A DNA stretch of 64,000 nt from Dudresnaya verticillata (lineage: Eukaryota), in assembly GCA_977862235.1 (NCBI GenBank), contig OZ374557.1:186001-250000 (forward strand). The letters are read 5' to 3'. The position numbers and the translations under genes are program-made. The first letter of the stretch is position 1; each line of letters starts with the position of its first letter. A model generated the notes under the pieces. It was not told where the DNA came from and ran no database searches. It worked only from the letters and a program-made list of their open reading frames with translations. Below, in pieces: positions 1-11,582 of this stretch.

Positions 1-1725
1 TGATGTCGTTGCGGAAACGTTCTTCGTTCTTCGCTGCGATTTGATCCGAGTCAAACGTAGGAACTTCGTCGTCGATTGCGGGTTGTTCGTGATGCGGAAG
101 TAGCAATCGCGAGAGGGCATCGGGAATCTGGTGGACGCGACCGGGGCGATACACGATTTCGAAGTCGAATTCGGCTAAGCGAAGCCTCCATCGCGTGAGT
201 CGCCCGGACGAATCGGTGAGAGAAAGAAGCCATCGGAGCGCATCGTGGTCCGTACGCACGGTGAACCGGGTCCCTTCGATATACGGACGCAACGAAGTAA
301 CCGCCCATACGACTGCGTAGCATTCGCGCTCGGTTGCGGAGTAGTTCTTCTCGGCATCGTTTAACGAATACGACCAGTAGCCCACGGGTTGGAATTCTTC
401 GTTATCTTGCCCCTGTAGCAACGCGCATCCGAGTTGATACGCAGACGCGTCTGTATCGATAATGTAATGTTTCCCGAGTTGCGGTAACCGTAGTATCGGC
501 GGTGACACGAGCTTCCGTTTGAGCGTTTCGAATGCGGTAACCTGATCCTCCGTGGGATTCTCGTAGTCGGGATCCGCGTCCTTTCGCGTCATGTTCGTCA
601 ATGGTCGCGCAATTTTCGCGAAGTCTTTCACGAATCTTCGGTATATGTTACACGCGCCGAGGAACGAACGGACTTGCGTGAGTGTCTTCGGGAACTTCGC
701 GTATCGGAATGCTTCGGAGCTCTTCTCGGCCATACTCAGCTTCCCCGGGGAAATTACGTGTCCGAGATAGTCGACTCGCTTTCGGAAAAGGAAGCACTTC
801 TTCATCTTGAGCGAAACCCCGGAGTTACGAAGTAGCGTGAGAACTTGATCGATATGCGCGATGTGTTCACGAAGATTTGCGGAGAAAACGATCACGTCAT
901 CGAGGTAAACGAGACAGCACTGCCAACGGACTCCGGATAGAATGATATGGAGTGCGCGTTGAAACGTAGCGGGTGCGTTTTTCAATCCGAAGGGCATACG
1001 AAGATAGCGATAAGTTCCGAGAAACGAAGTAAACGTAGTCTTATCGCGGTCTTCCGGGGCAACCGGAATCTGCCAGTATCCGCTGTTACAATCGAGTGTC
1101 GAGAAAATCGAAGCGTCTCCGAGTGAATCGATACAATCTTCCATCCGGGGAAGTGGGTACGCGTCGGATAGCGTCTTCGTATTGAGTCTGCGGTAATCTA
1201 CGCAAAAACGAAGTGTTCCGTCTTTCTTCGGTGCGAGGACTACGGGGGACGCCCACTCCGAGGTGGCTGGTTCGATTACTCCGGCTTCGTGCATACTGTC
1301 GATTTCGTTACGCACGATTTCACGTATTGCGGGCCCTTGAGGATAGGGCATCGATCGAATAGGTCGAGTACCGGGTTGTAGATCGATCCGATGCTCCGTG
1401 GCTGCGATCGTTCCGAGGTCTCCGTTCCACATCGATTCGTGCTTACGTAGAATCTCGAGGACCTCGTTTCGCATAGTTTCGTCGGGTATGTTCGAAAGAT
1501 CTACGCGTTCTTCCCAATCGCGGGAACTTGAATTGGCTTCTGCTGCTGCAGTCGCGGCGCCCTTCGGGAGCGGTTTTTCCTTCGTGGATACGGATTCTTG
1601 GGGTGACTTCGAGTCGTTGTGCTCACGTAGCGTAGAGATGTTGAGCACCTTGGCAAACAAATCCGCGACTTCGCGATCGGGTGTCAGAATCGCGAGCGGG
1701 TTTCGAGCTGCGATCCGATGCGGTT
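1..1725 (-). CDS. pol: Element A pol: reverse transcriptase + RNase H (open to the window edge; frameshift near 1725 upstream)
   Basis: Manual translation gives WASPVVLAPKKDGTLRFCVDYRRLN, LDCNSGYWQ, MPFGLKNAPATFQR, VYLDDVIVFS, IDTDASAYQLG, YSATERECYAVVW, RTDHDALRWL and PDALSR. Absent from the ORF track because the stop lies outside the window. Confidence 0.93.
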
Positions 1726-1739
1726 CCCTTCGGTAGAGC

Positions 1740-2150
1740 TCGAGGCTTATCCGTGAAGTTCACCATCAACACCAAAACTCGCGATTCGGACTGACTTCGT
1801 GTATCCCGTTCGTTAACCGTAACCGGAACACGTATCGACTGCAGTCGTATGTGGCGTCATTACGGAGGCATCGAGGCCAATGGATCCGGTCACGAGGAAG
1901 ATATCCGAAGTCATCAAGCAAACGTATCCCTCGGTGGTAACTTCGGGTTCGATCTTCGAGATCGGTATCTTCTTCGAATTGTTTTCGCACGAAGCGTCTT
2001 TCGCGAGGACTCGACATCGCTTTCGGTCTCGTCGTCATGCAGCGCGCTTCCTTCTCATCGCAGCGGCTCTCGGAATCGGAATACGCGGAGTGTCTCGGGG
2101 AACGGATTCAGACGAAGTACGTGACACAACGGGCGTCTTCGCCTTTACTC
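1740..2150 (-). pseudogene. Element A aspartic protease remnant with internal deletion
   Basis: AVDTCSGY (compare E VLDTYSGW) runs directly into RLTNGIHEVSPNREF. The rest of the protease seen in E is missing. Confidence 0.75.
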
Positions 2151-4595
2151 GTTTTCCGAACTCGAACTAGAATCCGAATTGCGAGCGTCCGCGTCCAATG
2201 GGGAGGTTTATCGATCACCTCTTCCGTTGTTCGCGGATTCTTCGTAAGCCTCCGAGGGCAGATTCGGGTGACTCGGCTCAATCGCGTCAACGTTTCCACG
2301 GACTGCGAGAACCGGTTGACGGCCCGGGGCCTGCGCGTGTCTCGGATTGCGGAGGACGGTCGGCGGTCCTCGACGCTCAAAGCTGACTTGACGCTGGGCT
2401 CGGTCCCTCGGGTAGCGCGTATCGCCTTGACGAAGATCTCGGTTTACGCGATTGTCACGTGATCCTCGGGAGTCTTGTCCACGGTGACCTCGATTGTCAA
2501 CGGATGCGAACGAATTCCCTCTCGATGCGCCGCGGTTCACGAAGTTATTACGCGTATACGGTCTCGTTTCGAGTTGGTACAAGTAGTTCTGGTACGTGCA
2601 ATAGAGTTTTTGCTCCTTCGTGAGATACGGACACGAATACATGAGGTGACCGATTTCGCGACAGAACCAACACGGCCACGCATCTTGATTCTTCGGTATC
2701 ATCGAACGCGCCATCTCCATTTGCCCCGGGGTCATCGGTGGGACACGTGCGGGTACGAAACGCTCGATGCGACTCGTGAGATCTAACGTATCGTCCACGG
2801 AGACCGTTGTCGAAGTAGTCGGTGTAGCGGATGTGGACCCGGTTCCTGAACGAATCATCATCACAGCCATTTGCGGATCTTCGTTCATCGGGTACTCGTA
2901 TTCACTCCCGGGAGTGTCGCAAGCTTCGATAAGCATCGTGCGTCCGGGCGCTTGGCGACTCTTCGGGTACGTAGCGGACGCTCGGTTCTTCGAATCACGC
3001 GACTGTTGGGCCGCGGTGTCACGTAGTTGGCGAGCTCGGAATGTCGTGCCTTCGGCTTGCGCGATTCGTTGCACGCTCATAAAATTCTTCTGCTCGGACA
3101 GCGGCAGGCGTCGTACCTGGTCGGCCACGATAGGATATGTAGTAGGTAGTAATCCACGAATAAACTGGTGCGTTCACGAAGAGTCATCGTAGACACCGGA
3201 GCAGACATCCGCGTAGCCTTGCAAACGAGTCGCGAGCTCCATCTCGGTTTCATCGGACTTCTGCTTCGCGGTTATCACGCGATCGTGTGCGTCTGCGATT
3301 ACGACTTCCGTGAGAAATCGTTGTAGTAACACGTTCACGATCGCGGACCAGCAAACCGGGTTGCCCGTACGAACGCCTCCGAAGGCATAGTGTTGATACA
3401 CCTTGAGCGCGGTCTCATCGAGAAACCACGAAATCGTACGAACTGCTGCTCCTTCGGTGAGCCCGACTCCGTTCAACGCTTGTCGAATATCACGAATAAA
3501 AGCGAGAACCCTAATCGGATCGCGTCGCGTAAACTTCTCGAGTCTCGGCATCATCGAACGCATGCGCGAAACGGTTTTCGACGTGTTACCTCGGAAGACT
3601 TCGTGTTGATTATCCCGAGGTGACGAATTCGTGAGTCGATACGATCGATAGCTTACGGCCCGCGCAAATTCGGGGATGAGCGTCGGTATCGGTTCGACGC
3701 CCGGCTCGAGCGGTCCCCAGTGCCAGAACGATGACACGGGTCCCGCGAGCGCTAACGTATTTTCGATTACGGGTCCTCCGGGGGACATCGGTTGTTGAAG
3801 CGAATCTCGGAATACTGCGGGGTTGATACGGGGGTTGTCGGAGGCATCGGTTGCCTGATTCGATAAAGCGTGCGGGGACGGATTCGGATACGTGTTTTTT
3901 GGTAACGTAGATTGGGCACCCGGGCCTTGCACGGGTTGAACTAGCGGCGAATTGCGGGGGTCAGGACGGGCTTCGGGATAATCTTCGCGACTTCGAGACT
4001 TCGGTAACGCTGCGGACACGATTTCACGAATAGCGTTCAACTGTTCCTCGGAGAATGCGTGCGAGCTGCGAACGGGAAGCGAGTGACTCGCCTTGCCCAC
4101 GGGGGCGGATACGTTGCGCTCGAGCACGAGAAACCGATTGCTGGCTCCCGAGACGAGATCCCGGAGACTCTCGAGTGAGTCTTCAATCCTACGGACCTTG
4201 CCAGCGCGGAGATTGTTGGATTCTTCGTGAACTCGATTGTGCGTATTACGAATCGAAAGCTGCGTGATACGGTACGCGGTAGAAAGGGCATCGATGACCT
4301 CTTCGTAGAGTAAACGTAACTCGGAACCGGAGACGTGCTTCATCGAGAAGAGTCGATCGACGGTATCCGAAGGAACGATTTACAACGGAGTGTACGTATA
4401 CGAGAGGTCGGACTGGCTACCGTGAGCCTGCGAACGCGAGTCTGTGCGAAGATCGGGTACCGTTATTCGTGAAGTGCGAGTGCGAGAAAACGGTTCTCGG
4501 TCACTCGCGTTCGAGTCGAACAACGGGAGCTCCGGAATCGGTACGTCATCGGGTTTCGGTACCGGCGAATCGGGACGACTCGGAGCGTGAGACAT
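2145..4595 (-). pseudogene. gag: Element A gag (frameshifted; ORFs 4380-4595, 3174-4343, 2208-3128)
   Basis: Homologous to E gag (AVSYRSYRL / VVDYRTHRL, EGAA, KQKSDETE). Zinc knuckle CWFCREIGHLMYSC. Ends ...SSSENE* with GGAAAAC, a possible frameshift site. Confidence 0.88.
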
Positions 4596-4648
4596 CGTGT
4601 CTCGGATAGAAACGAATTACGAATAAATGCGAAACTTCGGGACCACGT

Positions 4649-4666
4649 TTCTAGGTCGGGAGACCA
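4649..4666 (-). promoter_or_regulatory. Primer-binding site TGGTCTCCCGACCTAGAA (probably tRNA-Tyr)
   Basis: Lies 1 nt inside the LTR, begins with TGG and is identical over 18 nt to the PBS of E. The implied tRNA 3' end has G72/A73, as in eukaryotic tRNA-Tyr (inference). Confidence 0.85.
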
Positions 4667-4667
4667 G

Positions 4668-5520
4668 TGTGGTATAACGAAAACGAAGTCCACGGAGACG
4701 CGGGGAAGTCTCGCACTGTAAGCGAATGGCCTCGGAGCTTAGCGAATGGCCTCGTAGCCTAACGGAGAAACGAAAAGGGGTGGTAGCGTGGTAGAGCAGA
4801 GCGACCAACACGAAGGACCACGGTGTCAACGTATTCGTGTGCGGAAGGGAGAACTCGAGCGATCGATCACCGGGAATGACTCCGGGTGCGCGGGGCTATC
4901 GAAAGCGAGGCTCGACCGTATCCGCGGTCACGAAGACGAAGACACCGAACTCGAAGTAACAGCGTTTACCGAAGACTCCGAGGTCCGGGCGCTGGTCGCT
5001 AGCCGGAAACCCTCGGAGGTTGTGCCAGACGACTGGCTACTAAGTAGTACTACGTGAGCACGAATGCGCGTCAACTCGGGAGACGGTTCGTATTCGAATG
5101 ATTCGTAACGGCCTCGGTGCCAGCGAACGGTCGCCTCACGTATGGTGGCGGTTGCGAAGTGCGCCAGCGATGCATACGGAGGTGCGCGTGTCTCGTGGGC
5201 TCCGGTGCCGTTACGCGCGGGAAACAACGGGAAAGTCACGAAGGTGTCAGCGGTTTCGTATCGGGTGCGCACTGTAATGCGAATGCCATCGTGGCGCGCG
5301 CGATCACGAAGTCGGATCGGGATTCGCCCGAAGGTGTCAGCGATTTCGTATCACGTGCGTACTGTAATGCGTATGCCATCGTGGCGCGCGAACCGTATGC
5401 ATCGCTGTAATACGTTTGCCATCGTGGTGTGCTCATTCACGGAGTCATTTCGAAATTCGTATTTCTCGATTACTTTCACGTAGGCCACGGAGTCATTTCA
5501 CGAATAGCGTCTATACCACA
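4668..5520 (-). repeat. 5' LTR of element A (853 bp)
   Basis: 9-bp terminal inverted repeat TGTGGTATA...TATACCACA; internal ~90-bp-period duplication at ~5240-5390; B coding sequence resumes at 5521. Confidence 0.9.
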
Positions 5521-7092
5521 GAAGGAAAGTAAGGCAGAAATCGCGAAACAAACCAAGACGTCTAACATTCTGTTATGCCTCCATACTCAACATAAGAAGA
5601 AAGGAAATCGGCATTACGTAAGGGACTGTGACCTTACATCAAAAGATGAAGCAGTACAATTGGTAAAAGCTGCTAGAGAGAAGAAAACGTCACGAATATC
5701 CGAAAGCGATTTAGAGACGGACAAAGGATTGAAAGCAAGCACTAAAATGGAAGCTAGTTTCGCTTCTAAGGTACAGCGTGTGCTCTGCGCAGATGGTGGA
5801 TCTGATATTAACTTAATGCCGGAAGAGCGTCTTGCGTCATTGCTGTCACACGGAGCTAAGGTGACAGTTAACAATTTTCGGCACGTAAGGCAGTTTGGAT
5901 TAGGAACAAAAAATTCAGTGGAGAAGACTACCATATCAGTCGCTTGTAAGAAGATGGCCGTAATGGATGTCGAACTAAAGATCAGGCACGGCAAAACTTT
6001 AATGTTGCGTAACTTGTCTTGGTATGTCACTGCTCAGAAAATGAGTGAGCCATTACTAGGGCGTCCGGTATTGGAAGCACTTGGATTAGATACTAAGGAG
6101 CTACTCGCTGCAGTCTGTGATGGACTGAATGGAAATTTCGATCTAAATGACGAACAATCGGCCCCCCCGAAGAACACAAAAATAGCTCGGCTACTGTCGG
6201 AGCGTGTATTTCATTCCGACAAAGGTATTAATCAGACAGCGGAAACAGTCGGAGGTCATGATTTTCTTAATATAGGGAAGGACACAGAGCTAAAAATAAG
6301 GGTGCGCTACAATTATTAGTGCATAATGCAGTCAAAAATGGTGTACCGGAACAGCATATCGACCGTCTAAAGACTATGGTGGATACATACTGGAATGTTT
6401 TCCGGTTAAGACTAGATCCTGATCCTCCTGCAAAAGTAGAGCCCATGAAGATACAGGCCAAGGAAAATTCTCGGCCAGTTATAGCAAAAGCTAGAAGATA
6501 CACTACTGATCAGAGGGTCTTCATTGAGAATTTACTAATCTTCTTTTGGAATACGGGTTGATTAAGCCGAATCCGAATGCGACTTAGGCTGCTGCCCCAC
6601 TTATCGTTGAAAAGTTCGGCTCGTCTAAGTACAGACTGACCTTTGATTATCGCCCGGTTAACTCAGCGACAGTGCAGACTGCGTGGACGACGCCACATGT
6701 CGAATCAGAGTTGATGGACATCGCAGGTAGCAAGTACTTTGCAAAACTAGATCTATGTCAGGGGTATTGGCAGATGCCGCAACACCCTGATTCCCAACCG
6801 TTATGTAGTTTCATGACACCCCGGGGAATGTTTCAACCCACAAGGACAACCCAAGGAATCATGAATGGGGGCTCAAAATTCTCATCTCGCGTTGAACCTT
6901 GCTTTCAAAAAATCCGAGATTCTTACGAGGTCGATCCTTTCAAAGCATGGCTCGATGACCTCGTCACCCATGCCCCCACAGTAACTGAATTGCTTGACAA
7001 ATTCGAAATGTTCCTGAAGATATGTGAAGAAAAGAATTTAAAACTTTCTGTTAAGAAGTGTGTACTTTTCGTTAAAGAAGTAACGTGCTGTG
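5521..7092 (+). pseudogene. pol: Element B gag C-terminus, protease and RT N-part
   Basis: CLHTQHKKKGNRHYVRDC knuckle-like motif, LCADGGSDINL and PLLGRPVL (protease), DLCQGYWQ and AWLDD (RT); stops and frameshifts present. Confidence 0.88.
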
Positions 7093-7877
7093 TGTAGTAT
7101 CTCTAAGGGCACCACCGAATGCGGGCCCTGGATGAGACCCCAAAGGACCAGGAAGATCGGTCGGATTTCGTAGCAAAACGGCCGAACGTAGAACGGACCT
7201 GCGCGCCGGTAGCAAGCGTGGTAGAGCGGGAGCGCACAGACGAAGTCGCGGTCAAAATCCTGGATGAGCAGTGGAAAATGGCTGAGCTGGGGAAAGGTTG
7301 CAAAACTTTACTCCCAACCTCTGGCGGGACGGCTTCGTACCTATTCTGGCCGAGCCGTGGTTTGTGGCCGTCTAAGTAGGCCCAAAATCGGCCACTAGAG
7401 CTAATCTAGAGCTATTCCACATATTCTACAGTTAGTGGCCGAGGTTACTCCCCGTCGGCCATAATATCTACTTGTGTTCCGGCACCGGGCCAATGTCGTA
7501 CCCTTACCAGACTAAACCAAGTACTTGTTCGTTAGTGGTTGGCCAAATGAGTTAGATTTTCCCTTGATTTTTCCACTGTCTTCTGTTTGATTTCACCTGC
7601 GGCCAAATCCAATTTCCTGTTCGCACTTGCTTCCAGATCCGGTCGCTCCGATCATACGTGTACAGCGAGCCACGTGGTGCGCTTAGGTGTCGTCGGTGGC
7701 CACGTTTAACACACGCGTACACTTATTGGACACGTGTGCTTCATGCGCATTGTTCACCGGCGTCCGCTCGGCCGCAATGTCGTCGGTTGGCCAAACGTAT
7801 CCTTCTGATTGGGCTGACTGTCCCACTTGGCCCGGCCGGTTACGCCCGTTTTGGAGGCCCCTTGGCGTTGCACCACA
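7093..7877 (-). mobile_element. Solo LTR (785 bp), diverged relative of the element E LTR
   Basis: TG...CA ends; 5-bp TSD CTGTG at 7088-7092 and 7878-7882. Removal restores RT frame KEVTCCGRIID. Reverse complement aligns with E LTR. Confidence 0.95.
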
Positions 7878-7882
7878 CTGTG

Positions 7883-10220
7883 GACGCATTATTGACACCC
7901 AAGGCGCTAGATTTGATCCATCGCGTCTAGAAGGACTGCAGAAGATAAACATGCCACGATCAGCAGGGGAACGATGCGAGTATGTTTACTGCTTGAAATG
8001 GATGTCAACATCTATTGCTAAATTTGTGGAGAGAATAGACCCATTAAGAATCATTCTAGAAGAAGCATACAAGCGCGAAGGATCTAGAAAGAAGAGACAC
8101 ATTAAGGGAATTCAATTGTCAGATTTGGCATGGGGCCCTGTACAGGAAACAACGTTCCATGACCTTCGATGCCAAATCAGAGACTCGGTGAAGTTGGTTC
8201 ACCGAAGGCCAAGTTGGGAAATTTGTGTCTTTAGCGATGCGTCTGATTTATTTTGGTCTGGAGTTGTTACGCAATGCCCTAAAGAAGAGTTGTTTAAGGA
8301 GGCAACGGATCAGAAGCATGAGTCATTAGCATTTCTGGGTTCTGTGTTTACGAACACAGAGCAAGGATGGACTACCTTCGAGAAAGAAGCGTTTGCTATA
8401 GTGCAGTCATTTAAGAAAATGGATTTTATGCTGTTGATCGAGAAGAAGACCCATATATTTACCGACCACAGGAACTTACTTTTTGTTTACAACCCGGAAG
8501 CCATAGAACCAGCTTTGGGTCGACATATTGTCACTAAATTACAACGTTGGGAATTATACTTGTCACGTTACTCGTACTCAATTGAGCATATTGAAGGAAC
8601 CAGTAAAAGAATGGCTGATGTTATGACCAGATGGTACAGAGGGTACCGAGGGAGACTGAAGTCCGTAAAGCGCATATCACATATTATTGTGCATAGGGAT
8701 ATTTTGAAAACCCCGTTGGCTGAGAAGTTCGAATGGCCAAGTCACGAAATGATCGTCCAGTCCCAGAAGCTCCATGCGGGTGACAAGCCGTCTCCTACAG
8801 CCGAAAAGGACAATGGGCTTCTGACAATAGGAAAAACGTTTGGATACCTGAAGCAGATACGGAGCTGCAGCTTAAAATATTGGTGATAGCCCACTGCGGT
8901 GCTGCTGGTCACCGAGGAGGCGAGACTACGAGGAACGTCGTGAATGAGTTATACACTTGGAAAACACTGAGAGACGATTGTTTGGAGTTTGTCGGAAAAT
9001 GTCTACATTGTTTAGTAGCAAAGAGTGGGCTGAGAGTCCCTCGACCTCTAGCATTAACGACACATGGGACAACATCTAATGAAGTGATAAATTTCGACTT
9101 CCTCTACATGGGACCTGGTCTCCAAAGTTTACGATAAGTATTGGTGATCAGTGATGACCTTTCATCATATTACTGGCTTTCTCCCACTAGAAATGCTGAC
9201 GGAGACTCTGCAGCAGCTGAGATAGCCCGATGGGTTAGAACATTTACAGCAATGAGTATTTGGATCAGTGATCAAGGAAGTCACTTCAAGAATGAAGTCA
9301 TGAACATCCTTGCTTCAATCTATAAGGTTAAGCACCAATTTACAATAGCCAATTCCCCTTGGGTGAATGGAACAGTTCAAAACTGTATGCGGAAGATTCG
9401 AGCTGCATGTCAATCGTTACTCTCGGAAATGAAGCTTGGCCCGCAGGATTGGCCAATCGTATTAGGAATGGTAATGTCCGCTCTAAATGAGGCACCACTA
9501 TATCGATTAGGAAAACATAATGATGGTACAGTTCTATCCCCATTAGAAGTATTTACCGGGCTCAGACCAAGAAGATCTCAGATGCTATACGGAAAAGGCA
9601 TTGAAGAATCAGGTGGCGGGTACAAAATAGAAGGAGTCAGAGGCACTCAACTGATGCGTATAGAAGGTATCCAGTCTGTCATTGGAAATTTGCATAAGCT
9701 CGTGTCGGAAAAGGTTTCTAAGAATCGGAAGCGGGAAATAGAGCATCACAACGAAAAGACCAATCTGGTCTCCCCCAACTTCAGTATTGGAGATTATGTA
9801 TTAGTCCGGCGAGCACAAGACAAAGGGCATCATATGAAGTTTAGGTGGCTTGGCCCAAGAACTATTTCCGATGGCATAAGCGATGTTATATATGGTGTTG
9901 AGGGTTTACAAGATGGAAAAACCGAAAGAGTACATGCTGCTCGTCTCATGAAATATAGATCTGAAATGGATGGTGTTCCAGTCTCTCTGGAATTGATGGC
10001 ACAAGTAGAACACCTTGAGGCGAAATATGAATTAATCGAAAATCTACTAGACATAGGAAAGGCACATGATGGCTTATTCATTCAAGTCGAATGGATGGGA
10101 ATGCCTGACAAATGTGATTGGACGTGGAACTCCATTGAGCAACTATATGATGATGTGCCTGAAAAGGTACTGAAGTTTTTAACTACTACGAAGAAAAAAG
10201 TCCTTGCCAAGAAAGATTTG
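7883..10220 (+). pseudogene. pol: Element B RT C-part, RNase H, integrase and chromodomain
   Basis: VFSDASD, EKEAFA and FTDHRNL (RNase H); HCGAAGHRG...CLHC (IN zinc finger); ISDQGSHF; WLGP; chromodomain YELIENLL...VEWMG...WTW. Confidence 0.9.
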
Positions 10221-11135
10221 TGTGGTGCAAACGTCCTCGACGGAACACCACCGAGCAGTTCGGGACTCGGTGGGTAGCGACGCCCGTGGCAGTGAGTAGC
10301 CTCGCCTTGGGCGGCTTGTGGTAGAGCAGTTGACACGCCTTGGGCGGACTGTAAACGCCCGAGGCGGAAAGGAAGAACAAAAGAGAACAAAAAGGAGACA
10401 CGTCAAGGACGGTGATGAACGTGGAAGCACGGGAGGTAGACGCTTAGGCCGTAGGCAGCGGCAGGGTACGCGCGTGCGGAACAGGGAAGTCTGGACCAAG
10501 GCCGGCTTACCGGGAGTTTACCTCAACGTCTGGGACGGATCAACTAAGTATAGAACTACCTAACGGCGGCGACGCGAGCGTATGCGCCGCGCGGGAACTC
10601 GGGACACGTGTCGTCCCGAGGCGCGTCTGACAGATCCGTCCGTCATGCAGCCACGCTCCTGACAGATCAGGCGTAGTTGCCCTGCTCGAGTCCTTACACA
10701 TACACGTGAATGTACTTTCTTACAGCCGCGCGCGCCGCATGGTGCGTGCGATCTCGATCCGCACTAATCCCGATCCGATCCGGATTTGGGCCAGCCATGC
10801 GGATGCGCCAGGCCTACAGGGGCGTGCCTTACACCTCTTAATCCGGATGTCTGATCCCGATGTGGGATCTCGATTGGATCCGGATCCGGGCCACGCTTAC
10901 AGCGAACGTTCCCGCCACTGCGCCATGCGCGCACGCGTGGCGCCGTACAGTGTTCCGGGTTCGGGCGTGCGGTCTACACGCCAAACGGGCCGTTCTGGCC
11001 CGGGTGGCCAGCGGTATGCGTCGGTGACGTGTTTGCGCCGTTGGCGGGTTGTGCGCGCCGTTGGGGGTCGCCCGTCGGTAGACGCGGAATATCAACCCGA
11101 TTGCAAGCGAAGAAGGGGGACCCCCTGGCACTATA
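10221..11135 (-). repeat. 3' LTR of element C (~915 bp)
   Basis: Starts TGTGGTGCAA and ends TGGCACTATA (CA>TA decayed). Followed by the PPT complement CGACCCCCTCCG (11136-11147), similar to the E PPT. Confidence 0.78.
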
Positions 11136-11582
11136 CGACCCCCTCCGAAAACGCGAATACGTCAACTTGCTTCAGCCTGCCTGCCTTCCTGCGTCCACGC
11201 CGGTCGTCTGCGTTATCCGCGCCTTCGCGTTTTGCACTTGCCCTCCATTGGCGCTGTTTGAGCCCCGTCGAAGACGCAAGTTCAGCTTCCCCCGCCTTTG
11301 GCGTAGGAACGTTCCCCGTCAAAGACGTTCGTTTCACAAACTTCGCCAGTGGCGTGTGTGAAACCCCGTCTGTGAAGTCGTATCTGTGCACGCGTTCGTG
11401 CACCTACCGCCGAGGGCGTGTCTTTGAGTTCCGCCTTCGGCGTTGTTTGGATCAACGTCGTTGACGTGTGTTTGTCGGTTTCCGCCGTTAGCGCAATTGA
11501 CTTGACTCGGAGTCAGGACCGTCGTTGACGTATCATGCGAACTCCGCCAGCGGCGTGTGATTTGTTTAGCGTCTCAGACGAA

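Larger units (their letters stand above)
1..5520 (-). mobile_element. Ty3/Gypsy LTR retrotransposon 'A', 5' portion (LTR-PBS-gag-PR remnant-RT-RNase H), runs off the left edge
   Basis: LTR with TGTGGTATA/TATACCACA termini, adjacent PBS, gag with CCHC knuckle, and RT/RNase H motifs in Gypsy order on the minus strand. Confidence 0.95.
5521..10220 (+). mobile_element. Degraded chromodomain-bearing Gypsy element 'B' (internal region only; LTRs not in view)
   Basis: Gag end, PR, RT, RNase H, IN and chromodomain in order; interrupted by A, a solo LTR and C. Confidence 0.92.

Noticed and set aside
11126..11135. RIP-like CpA hypermutation (CA>TA at the C and F LTR termini)
   Set aside because: Only isolated cases; the elements remain GC-rich and stop codons arise from mixed substitution types.
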